From the sequence record SRR22947725_333: a DNA stretch of 20,000 nt. One strand, written 5' to 3'. Below are positions 5,922 through 18,460 of this stretch, one piece after another (position 1 is the first letter of the stretch; every line of letters starts with the position of its first letter). The notes beneath the pieces were generated by a model, which saw nothing but the letters and a program-made list of their open reading frames with translations, ran no database searches and was not told the DNA's origin. A program made the translations under genes and the position numbers.

Positions 5922-8071
5922 ATCTTCTGAAGCACCAGAGCGCCAAGAGGCGGAACATTCAGCACCAAAGACTGCGCGCTGCCGTGAGACTGGATGTCGC
6001 TGGTAGAAATCTTCCCAAGGTTTCCCTGTCCGGAGCCCCCATAGACCTCGGCATCGGTGTTTAGTAGTTCTCGATACTCTCCTGGCTGGTCAACACCCAG
6101 CACAACATCGTGATGTGGGTTACCGGCAAAGTTCACCACGACCACGAGCTGCTTTCCGGCGGAGTCCTCGCGAATAAAGCTCAGCAGATTTCTATTGGCA
6201 TCGCCGCCATCAATCCAGCGGAAGCCGGATGGTTCATGGTCTAGCTCCCAGAGGGCGCTGTGGGCTTGGTAAAGGGCATTGAGGTCTGCAACGAGCTGCT
6301 GAATGCCGCGGTGAGGGGCATGGTCTGTGAGCCACCAGTCAAGCTCTCTTGATTCGCTCCACTCGGAGGGCTGAGCGAATTCCTGACCCATAAACAAAAG
6401 CTTCTTACCGGGGTGGGTCCACATAAACGCCAGATACGCCCTCATGTTCGCAAGCTTCTGCCAGTGATCACCTGGCATCTTTGCCAGAAGCGAACCCTTG
6501 CCGTGAACCACCTCGTCGTGGCTAATTGGCAGCACAAATTTCTCGTCGTAGGCATAGAGCATGGAGAAGGTAATCTCGCCATGGTGGTGAGAGCGATACA
6601 TCGGGTCGCGCTCAATGAACTGCAGCGAATCGTGCATCCAACCCATGTTCCACTTAAATCCAAAACCTAGGCCGCCGGTGTCGGTGGGGGAGCTGACCCC
6701 TGCAAATGCGGTGGATTCCTCGGCAATCATCATGATTCCGGGGTTTCTGCGGTAAGCGGTTGCGTTTGTCTCCTGGAGGAACTGAATCGCGTCGAGGTTC
6801 TCTCTGCCGCCATAAACATTAGGTAGCCACTGACCATCCTCGCGGGAGTAGTCCAGATAGAGCATCGACGCCACTGCATCGACTCGGAGGCCATCGATGT
6901 GGAACTCCTCAAGCCAGTAAAGCGCGTTTGCAACCAGGAAGTTCTTGACCTCGGTGCGACCAAAGTTGAATACGTGAGTGCCCCAATCAGGGTGGTCACC
7001 CCTCCTCGGGTCAGCATCCTCATAGAGCGGTTCGCCATCAAACCTGGCCAGTGCCCAGTCGTCCTTGGGGAAGTGAGCTGGTACCCAGTCCATAATCACG
7101 CCAATTCCAGCCTGGTGTAGCTGATCAACTAGATACCTGAAGTCGTCTGGGGAGCCGTAGCGAGAAGTTGGCGCAAAGTATCCGGTCACCTGGTAGCCCC
7201 AGCTTCCCCCAAAGGGGTGTTCAGCAAGCGGCATGAACTCAACGTGTGTAAAACCTAGGTACTTCACGTGACCAATTAGCTCAGGAGCTAGGTCGCGATA
7301 GTTCTTAGCTCCTCTCCAGGAGCCGAGGTGAAGCTCATAGGTGGACATCGGTGAGCGCAGCGCATCGCGCTTCTCCCTGGCGCTGAGCCACTTTGAATCC
7401 CCCCAGGTGTAACTCGAAGTCTCGACAATCGAGGATGTGGCAGGCGGAATCTCAAAGCTGCGGGCCATCGGGTCGATCTTGGTAATCCAGTTGCCGTGGC
7501 GAGTTCTGATTTGATACTTGTAGAGCGTTCCTGGACCAAGCTCCGGAACGAATAGTTCCCAGATACCACTTGATCCGAGCGAGCGCATGGCATGCGCCGT
7601 TCCGTCCCAGGAGTTGAAGTCGCCCACCACCCTCACTGCGGAGGCGTTCGGTGCCCAGACCTTGAAGCTAACTCCACTGATCTTTCCCAGGGAGTCCTTG
7701 GTTTCGAGGACGTGAGACCCCAGTACCTTCCACAGCTCTTCGTGACGCCCCTCTGCGATGAGGTGCAGATCTAGCTCGCCAATCATTGGCAGGAAGCTGT
7801 AGGAGTCGGCGGTGTCCCAGGTTGCCTCCTCATACTCCGTGATTAGCCGATAGTCGAAGGTCTTTGTCTTTCCCCTTGCCTCCCAGACACCGGCGTGAAC
7901 ATGCTCGAGGGGGATTTTCTTGGTTTTGGTCTTTGCCACCACGGAGGTGGCAAGTGGTCGAAGCGCCCTTAGCACCCAACCCTTACCCTCAGGATGCAGT
8001 CCTAGATAGTCATGCGGCGAGTGGTGAGAACCGTGGGCAAGCTGCTCGTAGGTTGCCTCATCCAACCTCAT
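5918..8071 (-). CDS. glgB: 1,4-alpha-glucan branching enzyme (GH13)
   Basis: FKVWAPNA, YELHLGSW, SWGYQVTGYFAPTSRYG, DWVPAHFPKD, catalytic DGLRVDAVASM / IAEEST / SHDEVVHGK. Start set at ATG 8071, which overlaps the glgE TGA (ATGA), not at 8140. Confidence 0.97.
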   Translation of the reverse strand: MRLDEATYEQLAHGSHHSPHDYLGLHPEGKGWVLRALRPLATSVVAKTKTKKIPLEHVHAGVWEARGKTKTFDYRLITEYEEATWDTADSYSFLPMIGELDLHLIAEGRHEELWKVLGSHVLETKDSLGKISGVSFKVWAPNASAVRVVGDFNSWDGTAHAMRSLGSSGIWELFVPELGPGTLYKYQIRTRHGNWITKIDPMARSFEIPPATSSIVETSSYTWGDSKWLSAREKRDALRSPMSTYELHLGSWRGAKNYRDLAPELIGHVKYLGFTHVEFMPLAEHPFGGSWGYQVTGYFAPTSRYGSPDDFRYLVDQLHQAGIGVIMDWVPAHFPKDDWALARFDGEPLYEDADPRRGDHPDWGTHVFNFGRTEVKNFLVANALYWLEEFHIDGLRVDAVASMLYLDYSREDGQWLPNVYGGRENLDAIQFLQETNATAYRRNPGIMMIAEESTAFAGVSSPTDTGGLGFGFKWNMGWMHDSLQFIERDPMYRSHHHGEITFSMLYAYDEKFVLPISHDEVVHGKGSLLAKMPGDHWQKLANMRAYLAFMWTHPGKKLLFMGQEFAQPSEWSESRELDWWLTDHAPHRGIQQLVADLNALYQAHSALWELDHEPSGFRWIDGGDANRNLLSFIREDSAGKQLVVVVNFAGNPHHDVVLGVDQPGEYRELLNTDAEVYGGSGQGNLGKISTSDIQSHGSAQSLVLNVPPLGALVLQKI

Positions 8072-10050
8072 CGAATGACCCTGAGGATGTGTGCCGGTTC
8101 GCTGAATGCATCCAGGCGAACGAAGTTGTGCTCGCCCCATGTGAACTTCTTGCCGGTGATTAGGTCCACGACCTCAAAGCTGTGGGGAAGCTCTAAGGCC
8201 TGCATGTCAAGATGCACCATGGTCTCCCTAACGGAGTGCGGATCGTTGTTCACCACCACAATCACCGTGTTGTCCTTGCCCCCGTTGAACTCAGGCGCAA
8301 GTCGCTTGGCATAGACCAGAATCTGCTCATCATCGCTGTAGTGGTTGGTGATATTGCGCAGTTGACCAAGAGCCGGGTTTTCCCTGCGGAGCTTATTGAG
8401 CAGCCTGATTCTTGGGGCCAGGCTAACGCCTCTGTCCTCGCTACCTACAAAGTCCCTGGCCTTGTATTCATACTTCTCGTTATCAATGTTCTCTTCACTA
8501 CCGGCACGAGCTACGGCCTCATAGAGCTCAAATCCTGCATACATTCCCCAGCTCGGTCCCGCGGTAGCGGCTATTGTCGCTCTGATCTTGAAGGCCGGAC
8601 GTCCACCAAACTGCAGGTATTCGGTGAGGATGTCTGGGGTATTGACCCAGAAACTGGGTCTAAAGAAGTCGGCCGATTCCTTTGCAAGCTCGTTTAGGTA
8701 GGTGGTGAGTTCTGACTTGGTGTTTCTCCAGGAGAAGTAGCAGTAGGACTGCTGGAAACCGATTTTCCCGAGAGTGTGCATCATGGCTGGTCGCGTGAAG
8801 GCCTCGGCTAGGAAGATGACCTCGGGATGTTTCTGATTCACCTCAGCAATCAGCTGCTGCCAAAACTCCACGGTTTTGGTGTGGGGATTATCGACTCTAA
8901 AGATCTTCACTCCCAGCGAGATCCACTTTTCTAGGACTCTGAGCACCTCGGCGTGAATACCGACGGGGTCGTTATCAAAGTTGACGGGGTAGATGTCTTG
9001 ATACTTCTTTGGAGGGTTTTCCGCATAGGCGATGGTGCCATCGGCCCTGGTGGTGAACCACTGCGGGTTTGATTTCACCCAGGGGTGATCGGGCGAGGCC
9101 TGCAGAGCCAGGTCCATGGCAATCTCAATACCTAGCTTGTTTGCCGCTTTAACGAAGGCCGCAAAGTCCTTCTCGGTTCCCAGGTCAGGGTGGATGGCGT
9201 CATGGCCACCCTCTTTGCCTCCAATAGCCCAGGGAGACCCGGGGTCGCCCTTTTTGGCAACGAGAGTGTTGTTCTTACCCTTGCGGTGAGAGGTGCCAAT
9301 CGGGTGAATCGGTGGCAAATAGAGAACGTCAAAGCCCATGTCGCTGACCCGCTGCAGGCTCTTGGTTGCGCTCTTAAGAGTCCCGGACACCCAGCTGCCA
9401 TCGCGGTTTTGCTTGGCGCCCTCTGATCGTGGGAAGAACTCATACCAGCTGCCGCTTCCGGCAAGCTTGCGCTCGCAATTGATGCTCACGGCGTCCGAGA
9501 GGGTCTCTCGCTCCCTGAGTGGGTGCTTTTCAGCCAACTCGCTCACTCCGCTGGCAATGACCTTTTCAAACTTCTCAGCGGGGGAGAGCTTTTTGTCATC
9601 AAGAATCTTTAGAGACGCCTCGAACTTTGCAGCTATCGTCTTGGCCTTGCCGCTAGACATCTTCTCGAGAAGCTTCTTGCCTTCAAGGATCATCAGCTCC
9701 TGGTCGACCTGGGCAGCCAGCTTGACTGCGGTGGCATGGACCCAAGAGCCATACTCGTCGTCCCAGGCTGAGACTTGGTAGCTGTAGCTGCCAACCTCAG
9801 TTAGCTGCAGGCGCGTGACCCACTGATCCAGTCCAGGCTGCCCTGGGAGCATTGGGTGGCGGGAGGTCTTGCCGCTGGGGGAGGTTAGAACCAGTTCAAC
9901 AGCGAGTTTGTCGTGGCCCTCGCGAAAGGCTGTGGCCCCGAAGTCAATTACTTCGCCCTCAAAGGCTTTGACCGGGAACTTTCCGCCGTCAACGACCGGC
10001 CAGGTTTTGACTATCGGAAAGCGTCCGACCGGGTATTCAGCTTTATCCAC
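8068..10050 (-). CDS. glgE: Alpha-1,4-glucan:maltose-1-phosphate maltosyltransferase (GH13_3)
   Basis: FREGHD, WYEFFPRS, LYLPPIHPIG..RKGKNN, YAENPPKKYQDIYP, catalytic FRVDNPHTK / FLAEAFT / VNTPDIL. GTG start. Confidence 0.97.
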   Translation of the reverse strand: MDKAEYPVGRFPIVKTWPVVDGGKFPVKAFEGEVIDFGATAFREGHDKLAVELVLTSPSGKTSRHPMLPGQPGLDQWVTRLQLTEVGSYSYQVSAWDDEYGSWVHATAVKLAAQVDQELMILEGKKLLEKMSSGKAKTIAAKFEASLKILDDKKLSPAEKFEKVIASGVSELAEKHPLRERETLSDAVSINCERKLAGSGSWYEFFPRSEGAKQNRDGSWVSGTLKSATKSLQRVSDMGFDVLYLPPIHPIGTSHRKGKNNTLVAKKGDPGSPWAIGGKEGGHDAIHPDLGTEKDFAAFVKAANKLGIEIAMDLALQASPDHPWVKSNPQWFTTRADGTIAYAENPPKKYQDIYPVNFDNDPVGIHAEVLRVLEKWISLGVKIFRVDNPHTKTVEFWQQLIAEVNQKHPEVIFLAEAFTRPAMMHTLGKIGFQQSYCYFSWRNTKSELTTYLNELAKESADFFRPSFWVNTPDILTEYLQFGGRPAFKIRATIAATAGPSWGMYAGFELYEAVARAGSEENIDNEKYEYKARDFVGSEDRGVSLAPRIRLLNKLRRENPALGQLRNITNHYSDDEQILVYAKRLAPEFNGGKDNTVIVVVNNDPHSVRETMVHLDMQALELPHSFEVVDLITGKKFTWGEHNFVRLDAFSEPAHILRVIR

Positions 10051-10056
10051 ATGCCC

Positions 10057-10062
10057 AATTTA
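10057..10062 (-). promoter_or_regulatory. Putative -10 element of a leaderless glgE promoter
   Basis: Minus strand TAAATT-gggcat-GTG: TANNNT 6 nt before the start codon, with no Shine-Dalgarno. Confidence 0.5.
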
Positions 10063-10102
10063 CTAAGGCCACCCTAGATAACCCAACTAAAAGCTTCAGG
10101 GT

Positions 10103-12151
10103 CTAAAGAACGCGGAAGAGTTGAATGCTGGTTTCCACCATTCTCAACTTGGCTCCCGGCGTTAGAACCAGCTCCCGCTCAGGGGGCAGCTCGAGGGCAG
10201 AATCCCATAACAATTCGAAGCCCTTTGCGCCTTCGGGCTTTGGAAGCGAGACGTTCTTGATGGCTTCGGTGCCGTTTACCACCAGCAGCACGCCTTGCTT
10301 GCTACCGTCGCTTGTGAGGTGGTAGGTGAGCCGCTGAATCGTTCTACGCTCCGGGTTGTGCCAGTCCTCAATGCTCATCTCATCGCCGCGACCTGAGAAC
10401 CAGAGCATTTGGTCGTGCTCCGGCGTCGGCTCATCGAGCTTCGTGAAGCTCCTGGGCCGAAGCGCTGGCAGCTGCTTGCGCAGCGCGATTAGGTGCGAGA
10501 CGGTCTTCTGAAAACTAATCCGATGCCCGTCTGGATCCCAGTTTTGCCAGGTGATCACATTGTCTTGGCAGTAGGCGTTGTTGTTACCGCTTTGGGTTTT
10601 CAGTCTTTCGTCGCCGGCGGTAATCATGGGAACACCGGCAGAGAGAAGCAGTGTGCCGATGAGATTTCTTGCGGCCTTACGACGAGCGAAGTTCACCGAG
10701 CTGTTTGAAGTCTCACCCTCGTGACCGTGATTGAAGCTGAGGTTGTTGTTGCCACCATCGCGATTGCCCTCGCCGTTCGCCGAGTTCTGCTTGACGTTGT
10801 AGGAAACAAGGTCCCAGAGCGTGAAGCCGTCGTGGGCCGTGATGAAGTTGATGGTGCCAAGGGGAGAGCCTTCGCTCACCACATCCTGTGAACCGGAGAT
10901 TCTGCTTGCCATCTCCTGCACTCCGTTGTGGTGATTGCCGGAGCTGCGATAGGACGCCACGTCCTGAAGCCAAAACTTTCTTACGGAGTCTCTAAACCTG
11001 TCGTTCCACTCTGGGAAACCAGGGGGGAAGTTTCCGGTCTGCCAGCCTCCCATGCCAACATCCCAGGGTTCAACGATGAGCTTTGCCGAACTGATAACAG
11101 GGTCCTCCTGCATGGCAGTAAGGACCTCGTGGCGAGGGTTGAAGTGATTGCTCTCGTCTCTTGCCAGGGTGGCGGCAAGGTCAAAGCGGAAGCCATCGAT
11201 CTTGAGCTCTTCCACCCAGTAGCGGAGGCTATCGAGCATGAGCCGCTGCACCATGGGCTGGCCAAAGTTGAGCGAGTTTCCACAACCGGTGGTGTCTTGA
11301 TAGTTCCCCAGGTCGTCCTGGCGGTAGTAGCTCGAGTTATCTAGTCCGCGGTAGGAGTAGGTGAGACCCTTGTGTCCGCCCTCGGCTGTGTGGTTGTAGA
11401 CAACATCCAGGATTACCTCAATACCTGCCCGGTGGAGCTCTCTAATTGCACCCTTGAGCTCCAAGAGCATCGCCTCGGGACCCTGAGCCCGCTTGGCCTC
11501 AGATGCGTAGCGCATGTGCGGGGTGAAGAAGTTGATGGTGTTGTAGCCCCAGTAGTTGATAAGACCGAGATTTACGAGCCTGGGCTCTGAGATAAACGCC
11601 TGGATGGGAAGTAGCTCCACCGCGGTGATGCCCAATGAGGTTAGGTGATCAATTGTTGCGGGGTGACCCAGTGCGGCGTAGGAGCCGCGAATATCCTCGG
11701 GGACAGCCGGGTTTACCCGAGACAGGCCCCGGACGTGAGCCTCATAGATGATGCTCTCACCCAGAGCAGTCTGAGGCTTCTCCACACCCTCCCAGTCGAA
11801 GCTGGTGTCGATAGCCACGCAGTGGTAGTCCTTGGGGCTCTCGCGCACCAGACCCCTGGCATAGGGGTCAAGCAGGTTTCGCTCTGGGTTGAAGGCGTGC
11901 CTCGGTCCCTCGGGACCCTCAGCTCGAAGGACATATTTGATTCCTCGCTGGAGTCGGTCATCCCCTGCAGTCCAAATGCCACCATCAGATTGTTCGAGAT
12001 TTATCTCGTGGAGGGTCTTGGAGGTGTCCTCGGGATCGAGAATGTGAAGCTTTACGGCGCTCGCGGTATCTGACCAGACCCCGAAGACGCCACCGCCATC
12101 GAGCAGATTCATGCCCAGGGGTGCGAGGTCTTGTGATTTTTGCGCCAACAT
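10103..12151 (-). CDS. glgX: Glycogen debranching enzyme / isoamylase (GH13_11)
   Basis: LLDPYAR, IYEAHVRG, NYWGYNT, DVVYNHTAEG, TGCGN, catalytic DGFRFDLA / IVEPWD / TAHDGFTL, QSGNNNAYCQDN. Confidence 0.96.
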   Translation of the reverse strand: MLAQKSQDLAPLGMNLLDGGGVFGVWSDTASAVKLHILDPEDTSKTLHEINLEQSDGGIWTAGDDRLQRGIKYVLRAEGPEGPRHAFNPERNLLDPYARGLVRESPKDYHCVAIDTSFDWEGVEKPQTALGESIIYEAHVRGLSRVNPAVPEDIRGSYAALGHPATIDHLTSLGITAVELLPIQAFISEPRLVNLGLINYWGYNTINFFTPHMRYASEAKRAQGPEAMLLELKGAIRELHRAGIEVILDVVYNHTAEGGHKGLTYSYRGLDNSSYYRQDDLGNYQDTTGCGNSLNFGQPMVQRLMLDSLRYWVEELKIDGFRFDLAATLARDESNHFNPRHEVLTAMQEDPVISSAKLIVEPWDVGMGGWQTGNFPPGFPEWNDRFRDSVRKFWLQDVASYRSSGNHHNGVQEMASRISGSQDVVSEGSPLGTINFITAHDGFTLWDLVSYNVKQNSANGEGNRDGGNNNLSFNHGHEGETSNSSVNFARRKAARNLIGTLLLSAGVPMITAGDERLKTQSGNNNAYCQDNVITWQNWDPDGHRISFQKTVSHLIALRKQLPALRPRSFTKLDEPTPEHDQMLWFSGRGDEMSIEDWHNPERRTIQRLTYHLTSDGSKQGVLLVVNGTEAIKNVSLPKPEGAKGFELLWDSALELPPERELVLTPGAKLRMVETSIQLFRVL

Positions 12152-12201
12152 ACTGCCTTTTCAACAAAGGCTATAGGTCTTTGCTTTCCTAAAGGCTCAA
12201 A

Positions 12202-12207
12202 TACACT
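12202..12207 (+). promoter_or_regulatory. Putative -10 element of a leaderless cysteine desulfurase promoter
   Basis: TACACT-ggttggc-ATG(12215): TANNNT 7 nt before ATG, with no Shine-Dalgarno. Confidence 0.6.
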
Positions 12208-12214
12208 GGTTGGC

Positions 12215-13396
12215 ATGCCCGTGTTCTTAGATCATGCCGCCACGACGCCTTGCAGGCCGGTTGCGCTGCACGCGCTAAATAGCGCCCTAGAGCAGCTTGG
12301 CAACCCCTCATCAGTTCACGGGCACGGCCAAAACACCCGAGCAATTCTTGAAGACGCCAGAGACCAGGTCGCTCATGCTGTGGGGGCCAACCGCAGCGAG
12401 ATCGTCTTCACCTCGGGCGGCACCGAGGCAAACAACCAGGCCATCAAGGGCATCTACTGGGCTCAAAACCGCAAAAACAAGGCCCGCAAGGTCATTGTTA
12501 CCGCAGCCACCGAGCACCACGCACTACTTGACCCAATCGACTGGCTTGTGGAGCACGAGGGTGCCGAGGTCATAAATGTCGCTGTTGGCACCAGCGGCAT
12601 GGTCGATCTTGAGGACCTAGAGCAGATCTTGTCATCAAGGAGCGAGGAAATCGCTCTTGTGAGCCTGATGTGGGTAAACAACGAGACCGGGGTTTTCACC
12701 GATATCGTCTGGGTAACCGAGCTTGCCAAGCGCTATGGCATTCCTGTTCACAGCGATGCGATCGCTGCCATAGGCCATGTGCCAGTGGACTTTGCAGATT
12801 CTGGACTAACAGCAATGAGCATCTCAGGGCACAAGGTTGGAGCTCCAATTGGCGTTGGAGCTTTGGTAGTGGCGAGAGACTTCTCCCCGGTGAGCCTGCT
12901 GCATGGTGGTGGCCAAGAGCGCGGTCTTAGGTCTGGAACCATGAATTACCCACTGGCCGCTTCCCTTGGCGCAGCCTGCCAGGAGGCAGTTTCGGACCGA
13001 GTCGAGCGGCAGTCTCGCCTAAAAAAGCTGAGAGACCTCATTGAGACCGAGATTCTCAGAGCTGTACCAAGCGCATTGGTTACCGCCCGCGATGCTGAGC
13101 GTGTCGAGCACAACGCCCACCTGATTTTTCCTGGAACCCAGAGCGACAATCTGCTTTTTTTGCTGGACCAAGAGGGAGTAAGCGTCTCGGCGGGTAGCGC
13201 CTGTCAGGCAGGGGTATTGGGGGCCTCTCACGTACTGGTTGCGATGGGTCACCCCGAGGATCTGGCTTCGGCCTGTTTGAGGATTACCCTCGGACACACC
13301 ACCACAGCATCCGATGCCGAGCGCTTCATCGAGGCAATCATCAAGATTCACCCAGGGGCGCTGGTGGCTTCCCAGAGCACCCAGAGCGCAAATTAG
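12215..13396 (+). CDS. iscS: PLP-dependent cysteine desulfurase, group I (IscS/NifS-like)
   Basis: FLDHAATTP, GNPSSVH, FTSGGTEANN, VNNETG, HSDA, PLP lysine in SGHKVG, GGGQERGLRSGT, catalytic Cys in SAGSAC. Start set at ATG 12215 (MPVFLD). Confidence 0.93.
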   Translation: MPVFLDHAATTPCRPVALHALNSALEQLGNPSSVHGHGQNTRAILEDARDQVAHAVGANRSEIVFTSGGTEANNQAIKGIYWAQNRKNKARKVIVTAATEHHALLDPIDWLVEHEGAEVINVAVGTSGMVDLEDLEQILSSRSEEIALVSLMWVNNETGVFTDIVWVTELAKRYGIPVHSDAIAAIGHVPVDFADSGLTAMSISGHKVGAPIGVGALVVARDFSPVSLLHGGGQERGLRSGTMNYPLAASLGAACQEAVSDRVERQSRLKKLRDLIETEILRAVPSALVTARDAERVEHNAHLIFPGTQSDNLLFLLDQEGVSVSAGSACQAGVLGASHVLVAMGHPEDLASACLRITLGHTTTASDAERFIEAIIKIHPGALVASQSTQSAN

Positions 13397-13399
13397 ACT
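13394..13399 (+). promoter_or_regulatory. Putative -10 element of a leaderless mnmA promoter, built on the upstream stop codon
   Basis: TAGACT-tatcgg-GTG(13406). The TAG is the desulfurase stop codon. No Shine-Dalgarno. Confidence 0.55.
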
Positions 13400-13405
13400 T
13401 ATCGG

Positions 13406-16607
<3,202 letters not shown>

Positions 16608-16651
16608 ACTTGGTGTTTTGACAACGAAAAAACTAAGAATTGAGTCCGGCC

Positions 16652-16948
16652 ATGTCCGAAATCACTCCTGACCTTGTGCGGCATCTCGCATCGCTCTCTC
16701 GAATCCTGGTTACCGATGACGAGGTCGAGAAGCTAGCGGGAGAGCTTGGTGTGATCGTTGACTCGGTTGCCACCGTGAACAAGGCCGTGAGCGGCGATGT
16801 TGTGCCAACCAGCCACCCAATCCCAATGAGCAATGTTTTTCGCGAGGATGAGGTTGCTCCATCCCTGACGCAGGAGCAGGCTCTTTCTGGTGCGGCAGAC
16901 AGCGCCGAGGGCCGTTTCAAGGTAGCCGCAATTTTGGACGAGGACTAA
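16652..16948 (+). CDS. gatC: Asp-tRNA(Asn)/Glu-tRNA(Gln) amidotransferase subunit C
   Basis: MSEITPDLVRHLASLSRI...PTSHP...NVFRED...ALSGA....GRFKV..IL. Lies directly upstream of gatA. Start set at ATG 16652. Confidence 0.95.
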   Translation: MSEITPDLVRHLASLSRILVTDDEVEKLAGELGVIVDSVATVNKAVSGDVVPTSHPIPMSNVFREDEVAPSLTQEQALSGAADSAEGRFKVAAILDED

Positions 16949-16951
16949 ACC

Positions 16952-18460
16952 TTGAGTGAGCTAATTACCAAATCAGCCAGTGAGCTTGCTGGGCTCATTG
17001 AGTCAAAAGAGATTTCTTCGGTTGAGGCCACTGAGGCCTTCTTTGATCGCTCAGAGAGCCTGAATCACCTCACCCTCAGCTACCTTCATCTAAACCGAGA
17101 GACAGCACTTGCAGCCGCTAAGGCTGCCGATAGCGACCTTGCAGCTGGTAAGCGGCACTCTGCACTCCACGGAGTTCCTATTGCGGTGAAGGACAACCTC
17201 ACCACCACCGATGCCCCCACCACAGCCGGCTCCAAGATTCTTGAGGGCTGGGTCCCGCAGTATGACTCGACAGTCGTCAAAAGAATTCGTGCAGCAGGCC
17301 TACCAATACTTGGTAAGACCAACATGGATGAGTTTGCAATGGGCTCATCAACCGAATACTCCGCTTACGGCCCATCGAGAAACCCTTGGGACCTTGACAG
17401 GATTCCAGGCGGTAGCGGGGGAGGGTCCTCCTCTGCGGTATCGGGACATCTAGCACCGCTTGCTGTTGGTAGTGACACCGGAGGTTCGATTAGGTTCCCA
17501 GCGGCTGTCACCGGTTCGGTTGGCGCAAAGCCCACCTACGGAGCAGTCTCTCGCTACGGACTAATTGCCCTTGCCAGTTCATTGGACCAGGTGGGTCCTG
17601 TGACGAACACTGTTTTGGACGCAGCGCTTTTGCAGGATGTCATTGCCGGCTATGACCCTCACGACTCGACCTCGTTGCCAGACTCTCTAGGTTCGATGGC
17701 AGAGGCAGTGAAGACAGCCCAGTTCAAGGGACTCAAGGTCGGAGTTGTGAAGCAGCTGAGTTCAGACGGGTTCCAGGCAGGTGTAAAGAAGTGCTTTGAC
17801 GACACCATCGCAAAGCTCACAGCTGAGGGTGTCGAGGTCGTTGAGGTTGACAGCCCAAGCTTCGAGTACTCCGTTGCTGCCTACTACCTGATCCTTCCAG
17901 CCGAGGCATCTAGCAACCTTGCAAGGTTTGACTCTGTGCGCTTTGGCCTGAGAGTTGCCCCAGAGGGCAACCCGACAATTGAGCGCGTTATGGCGGCAAC
18001 CAGGGAGGCGGGCTTCGGTCCAGAGGTAAAGCGCAGAATAATCCTTGGCACATACGCACTTTCCTCCGGCTACTACGACGCCTACTACGGTTCAGCCCAG
18101 AAGGTGAGAACGCTGATTCAGCAGGACCTCGAGAAGGCATTTAGCCAAGTTGATGTTTTGCTCACGCCAACCGCTCCCACCACTGCCTTCAAGATTGGCG
18201 AGAAGGTGAACGACCCGTTGGCGATGTACCTAAACGACATCGCCACGATTCCCGCAAACCTTGCCGGCATTCCTGGCATGTCGGTGCCTAACGGACTGGC
18301 CGAAGAGGATGGCCTGCCATCGGGTGTGCAGATTCTTGCACCAGCCAGGGAAGATGCTCGGATGTATCAGGTCGCATCGCTCATTGAGGCCCTCTATGTG
18401 GCGCAGTGGGGAGCGCCGCTAATCGCCCAGGCGCCAGGATTGGAGGCGAACCGTGGCTAA
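16952..18460 (+). CDS. gatA: Asp-tRNA(Asn)/Glu-tRNA(Gln) amidotransferase subunit A
   Basis: Amidase signature [80 protein letters not shown] start with GAGGA upstream. Confidence 0.97.
   Translation: MSELITKSASELAGLIESKEISSVEATEAFFDRSESLNHLTLSYLHLNRETALAAAKAADSDLAAGKRHSALHGVPIAVKDNLTTTDAPTTAGSKILEGWVPQYDSTVVKRIRAAGLPILGKTNMDEFAMGSSTEYSAYGPSRNPWDLDRIPGGSGGGSSSAVSGHLAPLAVGSDTGGSIRFPAAVTGSVGAKPTYGAVSRYGLIALASSLDQVGPVTNTVLDAALLQDVIAGYDPHDSTSLPDSLGSMAEAVKTAQFKGLKVGVVKQLSSDGFQAGVKKCFDDTIAKLTAEGVEVVEVDSPSFEYSVAAYYLILPAEASSNLARFDSVRFGLRVAPEGNPTIERVMAATREAGFGPEVKRRIILGTYALSSGYYDAYYGSAQKVRTLIQQDLEKAFSQVDVLLTPTAPTTAFKIGEKVNDPLAMYLNDIATIPANLAGIPGMSVPNGLAEEDGLPSGVQILAPAREDARMYQVASLIEALYVAQWGAPLIAQAPGLEANRG

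Noticed and set aside
8072..8140. 23-aa N-terminal extension of GlgB
   Set aside because: Lies inside glgE; ATG 8071 gives a canonical ATGA overlap.
10071..10102. Possible ACCCT...AGGGT hairpin between glgX and glgE
   Set aside because: Short stem, large loop and no U-tract after it; too weak for a terminator.
12140..12214. 25-aa N-terminal extension of the cysteine desulfurase
   Set aside because: Overlaps the glgX start on the other strand; family similarity begins at MPVFLDHAATT, which has a well placed -10 box.
13371..13387. Short direct repeat CCCAGAGC x2 at the desulfurase 3' end
   Set aside because: Two 8-bp copies in a variable tail; expected by chance or trivial slippage.
16618..16623. 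Perfect TTGACA -35 hexamer upstream of gatC
   Set aside because: No TANNNT at 16-18 nt spacing (TTGAGT, TGAGTC, GAGTCC), so not called as a promoter.
16640..16651. TTG start for gatC at 16640
   Set aside because: ATG 16652 (MSEIT) matches the usual GatC N-terminus.
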